NCBI GenBank assembly: GCA_965197585.1
Contig: OZ240215.1
Coordinates: forward strand, 1,632,001-1,696,000
From: Dehalococcoidia bacterium
GTDB lineage: Bacteria; Chloroflexota; Dehalococcoidia; Plut-88900
Length of the DNA stretch: 64,000 nt
Direction: 5' to 3'
Of this stretch, positions 47,032 through 57,476 are shown piece after piece. Under the pieces are notes generated by a model. That model did not search any database. It was not told the DNA's origin and worked only from the letters and a program-made list of their open reading frames with translations. A program made the translations under genes and the position numbers. Each line of letters starts with the position of its first letter. Within the stretch, counting starts at the first letter, position 1.

Positions 47032-48087
47032 TGTAAGTGTTAGGTAATTCGTTGACAGATTGGTATAAGAGGCCAACACCAATCTGGAGGCGAGAATGCG
47101 AGACAATAGCAAGGACCTCACCCTTGAACGTAACTACATTCAGAAGTGGCGGTTCCTCATCCATGAGTATCAACTGGTCAAGGCAGGGAAGCATCCCCGT
47201 TTCCGCTTCGCCCAGGACTTCTACTCCTTCCACGGCACTAGCCGTCAGACCTTTGCCAAGTACTACAACCGGTTCCTCCTCTCCCCCTCCGACAACGCCT
47301 TCCTCCCCCGTAAGCGGGGTCCCGGGTGGAAGTCCCGCCGCACCCTGCCCTACATTGAGCAGAAGGTCATCAACGAGCGCCTTAACGGTACCAACCGTTA
47401 CGAGATCTATGCCATACTCAAACCCATCCTTAAACACAACACCCCTAAGCCCTCCACCATCTACGCCATCACCAGACGCCACGGTTTCAATAGGCTCACA
47501 AAGCCGATGCAGCAGTCGAAGCGCAAGATCATCAAGACCCGGGCAGGAGAGCTGGGCCACCTGGACAGCCACTACCTCAGCCGGGATACCATCGTGGGCA
47601 CCAAGCACCGCTACTACCTGGTGGGCCTCATCGACGCCTACACCCGTCTGGCCTGGGCCGAAGTGGTCGGAGACATCAAGAGTCTCTCCGTTATGTTTGC
47701 TACTCTGAAGTCCATCAATTTCCTTAACGTGGAGTACGGCATCCAATTCGAGGCCATCCTCACCGACAACGGCCCCGAGATGGCCTCCCCAAGGAACACC
47801 GAGGGCCACCCCATGGAACGGATGCTCAATGAGCTGGGCATAAAGCACCGCTACACCCGCCCTTATAGGCCCCAGACCAACGGGAAGATAGAGCGGTTCT
47901 GGAGAACCTTGAACGAGGACCTGCTGGAGGGGACAACCTTCGAATCGGTCTCGGAACTGAAGGACGAGCTTCAGCAATACCTGATCTACTACAATACTCA
48001 GAGACCCCACCAGGCAATGGACGGAAAGACCCCTTTGGAGACCCTTAAATCCATCTAATTCTGTCAACGAATTACCTGACATCCACA
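47032..48087 (+). mobile_element. IS481-family element copy 2 (1056 bp) inserted in a family-B repeat
   Basis: Same left IR as copy 1; right end ...CTGACATCCACA; flanks TGTCATTCCC and ATTCCGAGGCTCCGCGAGGAATC. Confidence 0.92.
47096..48058 (+). CDS. IS481-family transposase
   Basis: Near-identical to 40354-41337. Confidence 0.93.
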   Translation: MRDNSKDLTLERNYIQKWRFLIHEYQLVKAGKHPRFRFAQDFYSFHGTSRQTFAKYYNRFLLSPSDNAFLPRKRGPGWKSRRTLPYIEQKVINERLNGTNRYEIYAILKPILKHNTPKPSTIYAITRRHGFNRLTKPMQQSKRKIIKTRAGELGHLDSHYLSRDTIVGTKHRYYLVGLIDAYTRLAWAEVVGDIKSLSVMFATLKSINFLNVEYGIQFEAILTDNGPEMASPRNTEGHPMERMLNELGIKHRYTRPYRPQTNGKIERFWRTLNEDLLEGTTFESVSELKDELQQYLIYYNTQRPHQAMDGKTPLETLKSI

Positions 48088-48294
48088 ATTCCGAGGCTCC
48101 GCGAGGAATCTAGGACTTGCCCACTCACATAACTCTTTGCCTTATCCTTCCTAGGAATTAGATTAACGGGATACAGACTATCCGGTGGTGCTGTGGATTG
48201 CGCTTTCTTTAGGTCGAGTCGAATGGTCGAGTGGGGATCAAGCCTGAGTCCCCTACCCACAATACTTCATTCCTTCGAATAAGCCTCCCACTAC

Positions 48295-48324
48295 TTGACC
48301 AGCTTAGAATCTATGTACTATATT
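48295..48324 (+). promoter_or_regulatory. sigma70 promoter with overlapping LexA-box-like site
   Basis: TTGACC-AGCTT-AGAATCTATGTACT-ATATT; same geometry as 41476. Confidence 0.55.
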
Positions 48325-48460
48325 TGTTTGCAAGAGTTTACTAGCACACCAAGCCAAATCAAGATTTACAATGTCCACCAAATAGAGCGGCTGACAGGTA
48401 TTTGATAACGATTTTCTTCATCACCGCGAACAATCTACACCGAACTTCTGGTAGCAGGAA

Positions 48461-48910
48461 ATGGTTTACGAAGATAAGTTGACACGTGCGCTTAGGCTCA
48501 CAAAAGAACTCGGAGATGAAGCTCTATACCGGCGATCCAATAGAAAAGACATCGCCGATGAGGCTCAAGTGTCATTGTGGACTGTAGATGATGCCCGACG
48601 CATCATGAGTATCCCACAACTCGCTGATCTTGTCCTTGATGGAAAGGTAACTGCGGGCTGGGCGCTCGCGACAGCCCGCGATCCTCGTCGTAGGAGAAAA
48701 CACAACAAAAATCGTCTCATCCTGGAATTGTTAATTGAGAGACAAGGGGGACAATGCACATGGTGTAAGCGCACTTTGACTATGGAGGACGCGACACTTG
48801 ATCACATTCTTCCCATCGCTAGAGGAGGTAAGACTACCAGCAAAAACGTCCAAGTTTTACACAGCAATTGCAATATACAAAAAGGCGACAAGATGCCCAG
48901 ATACTCGTAG
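48461..48910 (+). CDS. HTH + HNH endonuclease
   Basis: CTWC...LDHILPIARGG...N...H.NCN..K HNH domain; N-terminal IADEAQVSLWTV helix-turn-helix-like segment; low GC. Confidence 0.85.
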   Translation: MVYEDKLTRALRLTKELGDEALYRRSNRKDIADEAQVSLWTVDDARRIMSIPQLADLVLDGKVTAGWALATARDPRRRRKHNKNRLILELLIERQGGQCTWCKRTLTMEDATLDHILPIARGGKTTSKNVQVLHSNCNIQKGDKMPRYS

Positions 48911-49071
48911 TTTCGAGAAAAGCTCCCTCAAATAGTGCAACTATTGGTCTTGTAGATTAACCATAGACCTATGGCTGGAGGCGAGCACCCGTTGCATGGC
49001 GCCTAGGTCTATTAGCACCTTGACTGAACTTTTGCAAATTCCGAACTAGCCAAGTTACCCCCACGAACCAC

Positions 49072-49109
49072 AAAGCCGCCCGAAAGGCCAAGCCCTTCGC
49101 GCGGCTCTT
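49072..49109 (-). terminator. possible terminator hairpin after mdh
   Basis: AGCCGC...GCGGCT stem followed by a short T-run on the minus strand. Confidence 0.3.
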
Positions 49110-49136
49110 GGTGATCGCTACGGAGAAGACAGCCGA

Positions 49137-50093
<957 letters not shown>

Positions 50094-50239
50094 TTATTTG
50101 CCTTCCAGGACTACGCTCGTCTTTAAGAGCGCGGCCCTGCTAAGTCCTTGTTAAACCCTTGCCCCGGTCCTCTGACCGACATTTATTCTGGCCTAACCGG
50201 GTGTCTTTTCACAGTTTCGTAAGAGAGATTGGCCTTCAC

Positions 50240-51442
50240 CTAGGCGTAGACTAACTTCTCCCACTTCGCTTCCAGGTCCGGGTCATTCACCGTCGAGACC
50301 AGGTACTCCCCGAACTCCTTGCCCGTGGCCCCCGTGTCCCGGCCGGTCATCACAAGCCTGCGTTCGTACTGGCCGCAAACGTCCAGCGCCTTGGTAAGTT
50401 TCTGACCGAGTTCCTGGTACCCGATGTGCTCCATCAGCATCGCCCCTGCCCGGATCATCGAGCTCGGGTCAGCGTACTTCGCCCGGCCTGTTTTCACCAT
50501 CCTCGGCGCGCTCCCGTGGATCGCCTCGAACATCGCGTACTCATCCCCAACGTTCGCACTCCCCGCCGTCCCGACTCCTCCCTGCATCTCCGCCGCCTCG
50601 TCCGTCAGGATGTCACCGTAAAGGTTCGGCAGCACGAGCACCTGGAAGTTCTGACGTCGTTTCGGGTCGATCAGCTTGGCCGTCATGATGTCGATGTACC
50701 AGCCTTCCCAATCGATGTCCGGATAGTCTGCTGCGACCTCTCGGGCCATGTCCAGGAATTTGCCGTCCGTCGTCTTCACGACGTTGGCCTTGGTTACGAC
50801 AGTAACGCTGTTCTTACCGTTATCCTTCGCGTACCTGAACGCCTTATCTATAATGCGCCGGGACCCGGGGCTGGTGATCACCTTGAAGTCGACCGCCAGG
50901 TCGTCGGTTACGTTCACCCCTTGCGTTCCCACCGCGTACATGTCCTCCGTGTTTTCCCGGAAGAAAGTCCAGTCGATGCCCTCCTTGGGAATGCGCACGG
51001 GCCGGATGTTGGCGTACAGGTCCAGCTCCTTCCTCATCCCCACGTTGCAGCTCTCGATGTTGGGCCACTCGTCGCCCTTTTCAGGGGTGGTGGTTGGGCC
51101 TTTAAGCGTGACGTGGCAATCTTTTATCGCCGCCAATACGTCATCGGGTATGGCCTTTAGGTGCGCCGCCCTATTCTCAATCGTCAGTCCATCAAGTACC
51201 CGGAACTCCACCTTGCCCGCAGCAACCGCATCGGCCAGCAGCGTTTCTAGGACACGCTCGGCTTCTTCAGCTATGAACGGCCCGATCCCGTCGCCTCCCA
51301 ATATCCCGATTACAACCTTGTCCAGCTTCGTATAGTCCGTCACAACGGACTGTTTCTTTATCCGCTCTATTCGAGCCAGTTGCTCCTCCAGCATCACCGC
51401 GAATTGCACCTGCGCCTTCGCTATGGCATCTGAGTTCGTCAA
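50240..51442 (-). CDS. icd: isocitrate/isopropylmalate dehydrogenase family, probably isocitrate dehydrogenase
   Basis: GDGIGP, LKGPTTTP, RENTED, KANVVK, PNLYGDILTD, FEAIHGSAP; adjacent to mdh. Confidence 0.75.
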   Translation of the reverse strand: MTNSDAIAKAQVQFAVMLEEQLARIERIKKQSVVTDYTKLDKVVIGILGGDGIGPFIAEEAERVLETLLADAVAAGKVEFRVLDGLTIENRAAHLKAIPDDVLAAIKDCHVTLKGPTTTPEKGDEWPNIESCNVGMRKELDLYANIRPVRIPKEGIDWTFFRENTEDMYAVGTQGVNVTDDLAVDFKVITSPGSRRIIDKAFRYAKDNGKNSVTVVTKANVVKTTDGKFLDMAREVAADYPDIDWEGWYIDIMTAKLIDPKRRQNFQVLVLPNLYGDILTDEAAEMQGGVGTAGSANVGDEYAMFEAIHGSAPRMVKTGRAKYADPSSMIRAGAMLMEHIGYQELGQKLTKALDVCGQYERRLVMTGRDTGATGKEFGEYLVSTVNDPDLEAKWEKLVYA

Positions 51443-51527
51443 AATCTTCTCCCCTTCTTCTATTGGGTGGCCCCTTCTGATTTCAGTTACCGAATTGGTA
51501 GTGTTTTCCCTGCTCTCCGTCCTGGAT

Positions 51528-53921
51528 TCAACCTATCAACGCCAGCACTTCACCCTTGCTGACCACCTGGCCCGGACTGCATGGGAGAGATAACGCCTTG
51601 CCGTCCATCGGAGCAGGAAGAGAGTTCTCCATCTTCATCGTCTCGATCAGAATAATTCCCTCCCCTGCCTTTACCTCCGCCCCCTCTTCTACCAGGTACC
51701 TGATTACAGTCCCTGGCATCGGCGCCACTATAGCCGTCCCCTCCCCCGAGTCCCCCGCCGCGGGTGCCTGGGTCGGGGGTGGAGTAGCAGCGGGTCTCGC
51801 TGGCGGCGGACTTGGCGCAGCGCTAGATCTGGAAGGCGGAGGGGGCAGTGGAGCACGCGTCGGAACTGGTGCTGGCGGAGGAGGCGCCGAGGCCGCTGGC
51901 GGCGGCGTTGCAGCCGCAGTCTGCCCGGACCCTTCAATTACCACCAATACCTCCCCCTTCCCCACGGCTTGCCCTGGCTGACAGGGAAGAGACATTATTT
52001 TGCCATTGACAGGCGACGGCAGCGAGTTCTCCATTTTCATGGTCTCTATCAAGACCACTGCCTCCCCTGTCTTTACCTCCGCTCCTTCGTCCACCAGGTA
52101 TCTGATCACGGTTCCTGGCATCGGCGACACTATGTTGGCCGACCCGTCCGCTGCTACCAAAACGCCTGCAGTAGGCGTGGGAGCGGGGGGCGGAGCCGCA
52201 ACGGGCCTTGGCAGTGGAGCGGAACGAGCCGGGCTTGAGGTTGGTGGGGGGGGAGCTTGGGGCCGCAATCTGCTCGGGGGAGCCGGCACGGCTGCTACGC
52301 CCACCGATCCCTCTGAATGCGGCTCAACGTCGACTCGGAATTCCTCGTCGTCCACCCATACGGTGAATGATCGCCGGCCCCTCGCCCGGGGTCCGGCTTC
52401 ACTGCCTTGCGATACCAACTTACCCTCCTTGGCTTCCCTTATTAGCCTATCTTCATCTTTTACTTCTTCCAGCGTCCTCGCCATAACCGATACAGGAATC
52501 TCGTCGATCCCGTACTTCCATTTCAGGAACTGTTTCCCCGTGGAAGGGAACAGTGCATAGGTTAGTACATCCTCTTGGCTCTTGGCTATCTCCCCCACGT
52601 CCTTTTTTGCCTTTTCCATCTCGCCGTCCAGGTCGTCCGCCGGACGGCCCGTCACGGGAGTCTGGCCCTTGGGATAGTCCTTAAGTATGAGGGCTGTCAG
52701 GTCGGGGTCTATCGGCGCAGGCGGCCTGCCGTAAAGACCATAAACGTAGTCCTTGACCTGGGTGGAGATCGACTTGTACCGACCCAGCAGCACGTTCTGC
52801 ACCGCCTGGCTCCCGATTATCTGGCTGGTCGGAGTTACCAAGGGCGGACAACCGAGGTCCGCCCTAGTCCTGGCCAACTCTTCCTGCACTTCTCCCAGCC
52901 TGTCCAGCGCGTTCAACTGCTTAAGCTGAGACTCCAGATTGCTGAGCATTCCTCCCGGCACCTGGTGGCGGATCACCGAAGAGTCCACTACTGACAACTT
53001 GTCGACACGCAAGTACTCCCGATACTTCGGAAACACAGACTCCAGGTGCGCACACACATCCTGCGCCTCCGTCATATCCAGTTCGGGAGATCGCTCGGTC
53101 CCGTGAAGCGCCGCCAGCATCGACTCCGTCGACGGGTGAGACGATCTCATCGCTAACGGCGAAAGTGAAGTGTCCAGCACGTCCACTCCCGCCTCAATCG
53201 CTTTAAGAGCAGCCATGGAGGCCATACCGCTCGTGTGATGGCTATGTAGTTGGATCGGCACGTCCAGATTGGCCTTGAGTGCCTTGACCAGATCGTATGC
53301 GTCATAGGGCCCGAGCAGACCGCTCATATCCTTGATGCAAACGCTGTCTGCACCCATCTCCTGCAGCTTCTTGCCCATCTCCACGTAGTAGTCCAGCGTA
53401 TACACCGGCCCCCCGAGCCGCGCCTCGGTAATTGTGTAGCTCATCGCCCCCTGCAAGTGCTTCCCCGCCTCCTTTATCGCTGCAAAGGAGGTTTCCATGT
53501 TTCGCTCGTCATTCAGGGCGTCGAACACGCGGAATATATCGATCCCCGCCTCCGCCGCAGCGAGAATAAACGCCCTTACCACGTCATCGGGATAGTTCCG
53601 ATACCCGACAAGATTCTGCCCCCGAAGAAGCATCTGCAGTGGCGTCTTCGGCGCTAGCCGCTTGAAAGTCTTAAGCCGTTCCCACGGGTCCTCGTTCAAA
53701 AACCGGTGTGCAACATCGAAAGTCGCCCCACCCCACACCTCCAGCGAGTGGAAGCCCATGTCGTCCAGCTTCCCAATGATCGGCGCCATGTCCTCCGTCC
53801 GCAGCCTTGTCGCAAGGATCGACTGGTGACCGTCGCGTAGGGTGACATCCGTTACGCGCAGGGGGACATTGCCATTTACTGTCGCTTCTTCAGACATTGA
53901 CTGGTCAGATGCAGAGGTCAC
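51528..53921 (-). CDS. pyruvate/oxaloacetate carboxyltransferase (OadA/PycB/5S-like) fused to two biotinyl domains
   Basis: TLRDGHQS, EVWGGATFD, LRGQN, IKDM, HSH, QVPGGM, PLVTPTSQ; two ETMKMEN domains separated by Pro/Ala linkers; start at GTG overlapping the upstream stop (or ATG 53897). Confidence 0.9.
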   Translation of the reverse strand: MTSASDQSMSEEATVNGNVPLRVTDVTLRDGHQSILATRLRTEDMAPIIGKLDDMGFHSLEVWGGATFDVAHRFLNEDPWERLKTFKRLAPKTPLQMLLRGQNLVGYRNYPDDVVRAFILAAAEAGIDIFRVFDALNDERNMETSFAAIKEAGKHLQGAMSYTITEARLGGPVYTLDYYVEMGKKLQEMGADSVCIKDMSGLLGPYDAYDLVKALKANLDVPIQLHSHHTSGMASMAALKAIEAGVDVLDTSLSPLAMRSSHPSTESMLAALHGTERSPELDMTEAQDVCAHLESVFPKYREYLRVDKLSVVDSSVIRHQVPGGMLSNLESQLKQLNALDRLGEVQEELARTRADLGCPPLVTPTSQIIGSQAVQNVLLGRYKSISTQVKDYVYGLYGRPPAPIDPDLTALILKDYPKGQTPVTGRPADDLDGEMEKAKKDVGEIAKSQEDVLTYALFPSTGKQFLKWKYGIDEIPVSVMARTLEEVKDEDRLIREAKEGKLVSQGSEAGPRARGRRSFTVWVDDEEFRVDVEPHSEGSVGVAAVPAPPSRLRPQAPPPPTSSPARSAPLPRPVAAPPPAPTPTAGVLVAADGSANIVSPMPGTVIRYLVDEGAEVKTGEAVVLIETMKMENSLPSPVNGKIMSLPCQPGQAVGKGEVLVVIEGSGQTAAATPPPAASAPPPPAPVPTRAPLPPPPSRSSAAPSPPPARPAATPPPTQAPAAGDSGEGTAIVAPMPGTVIRYLVEEGAEVKAGEGIILIETMKMENSLPAPMDGKALSLPCSPGQVVSKGEVLALIG

Positions 53922-55468
53922 AAGGGTATGTTCCCGTGTTTCCTGGCGGGTGGCTCCTCTTCCTTGTGTCTGAGCATTTCCAGGGCGGCTATCAGCTTGG
54001 GCCTGGTCTCGGCGGGGTCGATTATCTCGTCCACAAACCCCCGAGACGAAGCCTGGTACGGGTTGCTGAAGTTCTCCTCGTAGTCCCGTACAAGCCGCGC
54101 CCGAGTCTCCTCCGGCGTGTCCGATTCCCGGATCTCGTTTCGGGAGATGATGTTCACTGCCCCACTTGCACCCATCACCGCTATCTCCGCCGAGGGCCAA
54201 GCGTAGTTTATATCCCCGCCCACGTGCTTGCTGCTCATCACTATGTAGGCCCCGCCGTATGCCTTCCGGGTGATCACCGTCACCTTGGGCACCGTTGCCT
54301 CTGAATAGGCGAAGATCAGCTTTGCCCCGTGTTTTATTATCCCGCCGTACTCCTGCTCCGTCCCCGGCATGAATCCCGGCACGTCCACGAAGGTGACCAG
54401 CGGTATCGAAAATGCGTCGCAGAACCGCACGAACCGGGCCCCCTTCAACGATGCCGCTATATCTATCACCCCTGAGAGATGGGAAGGCTGCTGCGCCACA
54501 ATCCCAACCACCCGACCATTCATCCGCCCAAACCCGACCACCATGTTCGGAGCATACAGTGCTGCCACTTCCAGAAAGTCTCCGTGATCTACGACACGCT
54601 CAATGATCCCCTTAACGTCATATGGCTTTGCGGAGTCCTGCGGTGCGGCTTCTCTGAGCCACTCGTCGATCTGGCCCGGGTCCCCGAAGTATGTTGCCTC
54701 CGGAGGCTCATCCTCGAAACTGGATGGCAGAAAACCGAGGAGTCGTCTTACCCCGTCCAGGCACTCCTTTTCGGTTCCAAACATGAACTGTGCCACACCG
54801 CTCTTCGAGGCATTCGTATAGGCCCCTCCCAGCTCCTCATGCGTCACCACCTCTCCCGTCACCGCCTTCACGACGTCCGGGCCCGTGATATACATCTGCC
54901 CGACACCCTGCACCATAAAGGTGAAGTCCGTGATCGCCGGCGAATATACTGCACCTCCTGCAGCGGGTCCGACGATGACGGATATTTGAGGTATCACCCC
55001 CGAGGCCTGCGTATTCCTGTAAAGAATGTCCCCCACAGCCTTGAGGCTGATCACACCTTCCTGGATACGCGCTCCTCCCGAGTCGTTGATGGCTATGAGA
55101 GGCGCCCGAGTCTTGACTGCCAGGTCCATCGCCTTGCAGGTCTTCTCACCTACCGCCTCCGACACAGACCCTCCAAATACGGTGAAGTCCTGGGAGCATA
55201 CGAAGACGGTACGGCCGTCAACTTTGCCATAGCCTGTAACTATGGCGTCTCCCATGAAGACTCGGTTCTGCAGCCCAAAGTCCGTCGCCCGGTGCGTAAC
55301 AAAAGGGTCGAGTTCATTGAAGGTGCCGGGGTCAAGCAGGAGGTCTATCCGCTCGCGGGCCGTCAGCTTACCCTTGGTATGCTGGCGTTCAATAGACTTA
55401 GGCCCGCCGCCAAGCCTGCTCTGGTCTCTAAGCTTGACCAGTTTTTCCAGCTTGTCGTTGGATGTCAT
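53918..55468 (-). CDS. acyl-CoA carboxyltransferase beta subunit (PccB/MmdA/12S-like)
   Basis: GKLTARERI, QDFTVFGGS, DSGGARIQEG, DVPGF, RKAYGGAY, KHGNIPL; start moved to ATG 55468. Confidence 0.93.
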   Translation of the reverse strand: MTSNDKLEKLVKLRDQSRLGGGPKSIERQHTKGKLTARERIDLLLDPGTFNELDPFVTHRATDFGLQNRVFMGDAIVTGYGKVDGRTVFVCSQDFTVFGGSVSEAVGEKTCKAMDLAVKTRAPLIAINDSGGARIQEGVISLKAVGDILYRNTQASGVIPQISVIVGPAAGGAVYSPAITDFTFMVQGVGQMYITGPDVVKAVTGEVVTHEELGGAYTNASKSGVAQFMFGTEKECLDGVRRLLGFLPSSFEDEPPEATYFGDPGQIDEWLREAAPQDSAKPYDVKGIIERVVDHGDFLEVAALYAPNMVVGFGRMNGRVVGIVAQQPSHLSGVIDIAASLKGARFVRFCDAFSIPLVTFVDVPGFMPGTEQEYGGIIKHGAKLIFAYSEATVPKVTVITRKAYGGAYIVMSSKHVGGDINYAWPSAEIAVMGASGAVNIISRNEIRESDTPEETRARLVRDYEENFSNPYQASSRGFVDEIIDPAETRPKLIAALEMLRHKEEEPPARKHGNIPL

Positions 55469-55657
55469 TCCAGTAGGGGCAGTCACCGGGGAAGACTCAA
55501 AAGCGGCATCGCAATTGGGGTTTGCCGAACGCTCTCGGTCATCCATCCGGCTGCCGAATGCTACCAGAATATCCCTACCCACACAACCTGAATGCCTCCA
55601 TCTACATCAGGTGCTAAAATTAGATAAGGCCACGAACACTGCATTCAATTCCCGCAT

Positions 55658-56500
55658 ATGAAAACCGAGACACAACCCCACCCCACCCCCTTCCCCTGGG
55701 GTCAACGTACCTTCGTCATGGGGATAATTAACGTTACCCCTGACTCATTCTCGGGCGACGGGCTCGGCGCTAACGTCGACGCCGCCGTCGAACAGGGCCT
55801 CAGTTTCGAGGCCCTGTTCGCCGACATCCTGGACGTCGGTGGTCAATCTACCCGGCCCAACCACACCCCCGTCTCCGAGCAGGAAGAGCTCACCCGCGTC
55901 ATTCCCGTCGTCAAGTCTCTTGCCTCCCGCACAAGCCTTCCGATCAGCATCGACACCTATTATGCCCGTGTCGCCGCCGAGGCCCTCTCCGCCGGCGCAT
56001 CCATAATCAATGACCAATGGGCCCTCCACCGTGACCCCGAGATGGCTCCTCTTGCAGCCGAGGCCGGAGTCCTCGTGGTCCTTATGCACAACCAGGGCGG
56101 AACTGAGTACCAAGACCTAATCCCCGACATCAGGATCAGCCTTGCCGCTAGCGTCGACAACGCCTTGCAAGCCGGTGTACGCCCTGAGAACATCATAATC
56201 GACCCCGGTCTTGGGTTCGGCAAAACTCTCGAACATAATCTTGAGGTAGTGAGAAGGCTTTCGGAGTTAAAGGGCCTTGCTCCGGCCATCCTGGTCGGCC
56301 CTTCCCGGAAATCAATGATCGGGCGCACTTTGAACCTGCCCTTGGATCAGAGGGTCGAGGGCACGGCAGCTGTCGTGGCCCTCTGCATCGCAAACGGCGC
56401 AGACGTCGCAAGAGTACACGACGTCCGGGAGATGGTCAGAGTCTGCTGCATGGCCGACGCTATAGTCAGGGTGCCCGTAAACGGCCATGAGGCCAAATAG
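55658..56500 (+). CDS. folP: dihydropteroate synthase
   Basis: MGIINVTPDSFS, GGQSTRP, SIDT, DPGLGFGK, SRKS, RVHDV. Confidence 0.96.
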   Translation: MKTETQPHPTPFPWGQRTFVMGIINVTPDSFSGDGLGANVDAAVEQGLSFEALFADILDVGGQSTRPNHTPVSEQEELTRVIPVVKSLASRTSLPISIDTYYARVAAEALSAGASIINDQWALHRDPEMAPLAAEAGVLVVLMHNQGGTEYQDLIPDIRISLAASVDNALQAGVRPENIIIDPGLGFGKTLEHNLEVVRRLSELKGLAPAILVGPSRKSMIGRTLNLPLDQRVEGTAAVVALCIANGADVARVHDVREMVRVCCMADAIVRVPVNGHEAK

Positions 56501-56502
56501 AT

Positions 56503-57093
56503 ATGTCGATTACGAGCATCGGGCACAAGTGGAAAGTTTATCTGGGTCTCGGGTCCAACATCGGGAGCAAAGAGGCTAATGTCTCCCGGGCCCTCAAGCT
56601 CCTCCCCAACCAGGTCACGGTCACCGAGGTCTCATCTATCTACGAAAGCGAGCCCGTCGGATTCAAGGAGCAGTCTTGGTTCGTCAACGTCGTCTGCTCT
56701 GCCTATACCGACCTTTCCGCACCGCAGCTCCTCGACTACGTAAAGAATATCGAGGGCCAGATGGGCCGAATAATGAGCTTCAAGGATGGCCCTCGCGTTA
56801 TTGATATCGACATCCTCTTCTACGGGGACCAGGTCATCGACACCCCTGACCTCACCATTCCCCACCCCCGCATCGCCGAACGCGCCTTCGTTCTCCTCCC
56901 CCTCTCCGAGCTGAACCCGCTCCTCTTCCATCCCTCCAAATCCCGGACCGTCGCCCAACTCTTGTCCGCACTCACCAAGCCAGAGCGCGTAAAGAAGCGC
57001 AGGTGGAGCACTCTCTACGGCAAAGACCTGACCTCCACGCCCAAGGGAACGTTGATAGAAAACGAAGAGGGTAACCCCAAGACCCCCTCCTAG
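56503..57093 (+). CDS. folK: 2-amino-4-hydroxy-6-hydroxymethyldihydropteridine pyrophosphokinase
   Basis: LGLGSNIG, GPRVIDIDIL, IPHP, RAFVLLPL. Confidence 0.95.
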   Translation: MSITSIGHKWKVYLGLGSNIGSKEANVSRALKLLPNQVTVTEVSSIYESEPVGFKEQSWFVNVVCSAYTDLSAPQLLDYVKNIEGQMGRIMSFKDGPRVIDIDILFYGDQVIDTPDLTIPHPRIAERAFVLLPLSELNPLLFHPSKSRTVAQLLSALTKPERVKKRRWSTLYGKDLTSTPKGTLIENEEGNPKTPS

Positions 57094-57097
57094 CCGT

Positions 57098-57280
57098 CTA
57101 TTGCCGCATCTCCCGAGGCAGAAAATCCGGGATTGAGTCTATGATCGGGTACGTGTGCGGGCAACGCGGACACAGCAGAGACCCCGATACCACCTCGTCC
57201 CCTTCCTCCTGCTCCGCTGTCAGTTTCAATTCACCCTTACATTCTGGGCATGCAAGAATGTCCATTAAGTCCTTTTTCAT
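57098..57280 (-). CDS. Trm112-like zinc-ribbon protein
   Basis: LMDILACPECKGEL...LLCPRC..YPI.D.IP.FL. Confidence 0.85.
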   Translation of the reverse strand: MKKDLMDILACPECKGELKLTAEQEEGDEVVSGSLLCPRCPHTYPIIDSIPDFLPREMRQ

Positions 57281-57476
57281 ATTCGGAAACTCCAAGAGCC
57301 TTGGCGATGCGCAACGCCGGGGCCTTCGCCCCTTGGCTCCTGCCTAACCATTCACCCTCTGATGCGTTATATTATAACCGTGACTCTGAACACTTCTCAG
57401 ACCGTGTCTCAACCCTTTGAGCTATCCTTTCAAAGGAGATCGGCCCCGTAGCAGCCCAGTTTTTCGGAGAGGCCAC

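Noticed and set aside
40290-48087. Composite transposon carrying LLM-mrr-LLM-pfkB
   Set aside because: Each IS481 has its own split B repeat with a left and right half, and the copies differ subterminally, so independent insertions are simpler. Identical ATTCC flanks mean it cannot be formally excluded.
55469-55657. Folate/THF riboswitch upstream of folP
   Set aside because: Short divergent intergenic region with a -10-like TAAAAT but no recognisable aptamer motif.
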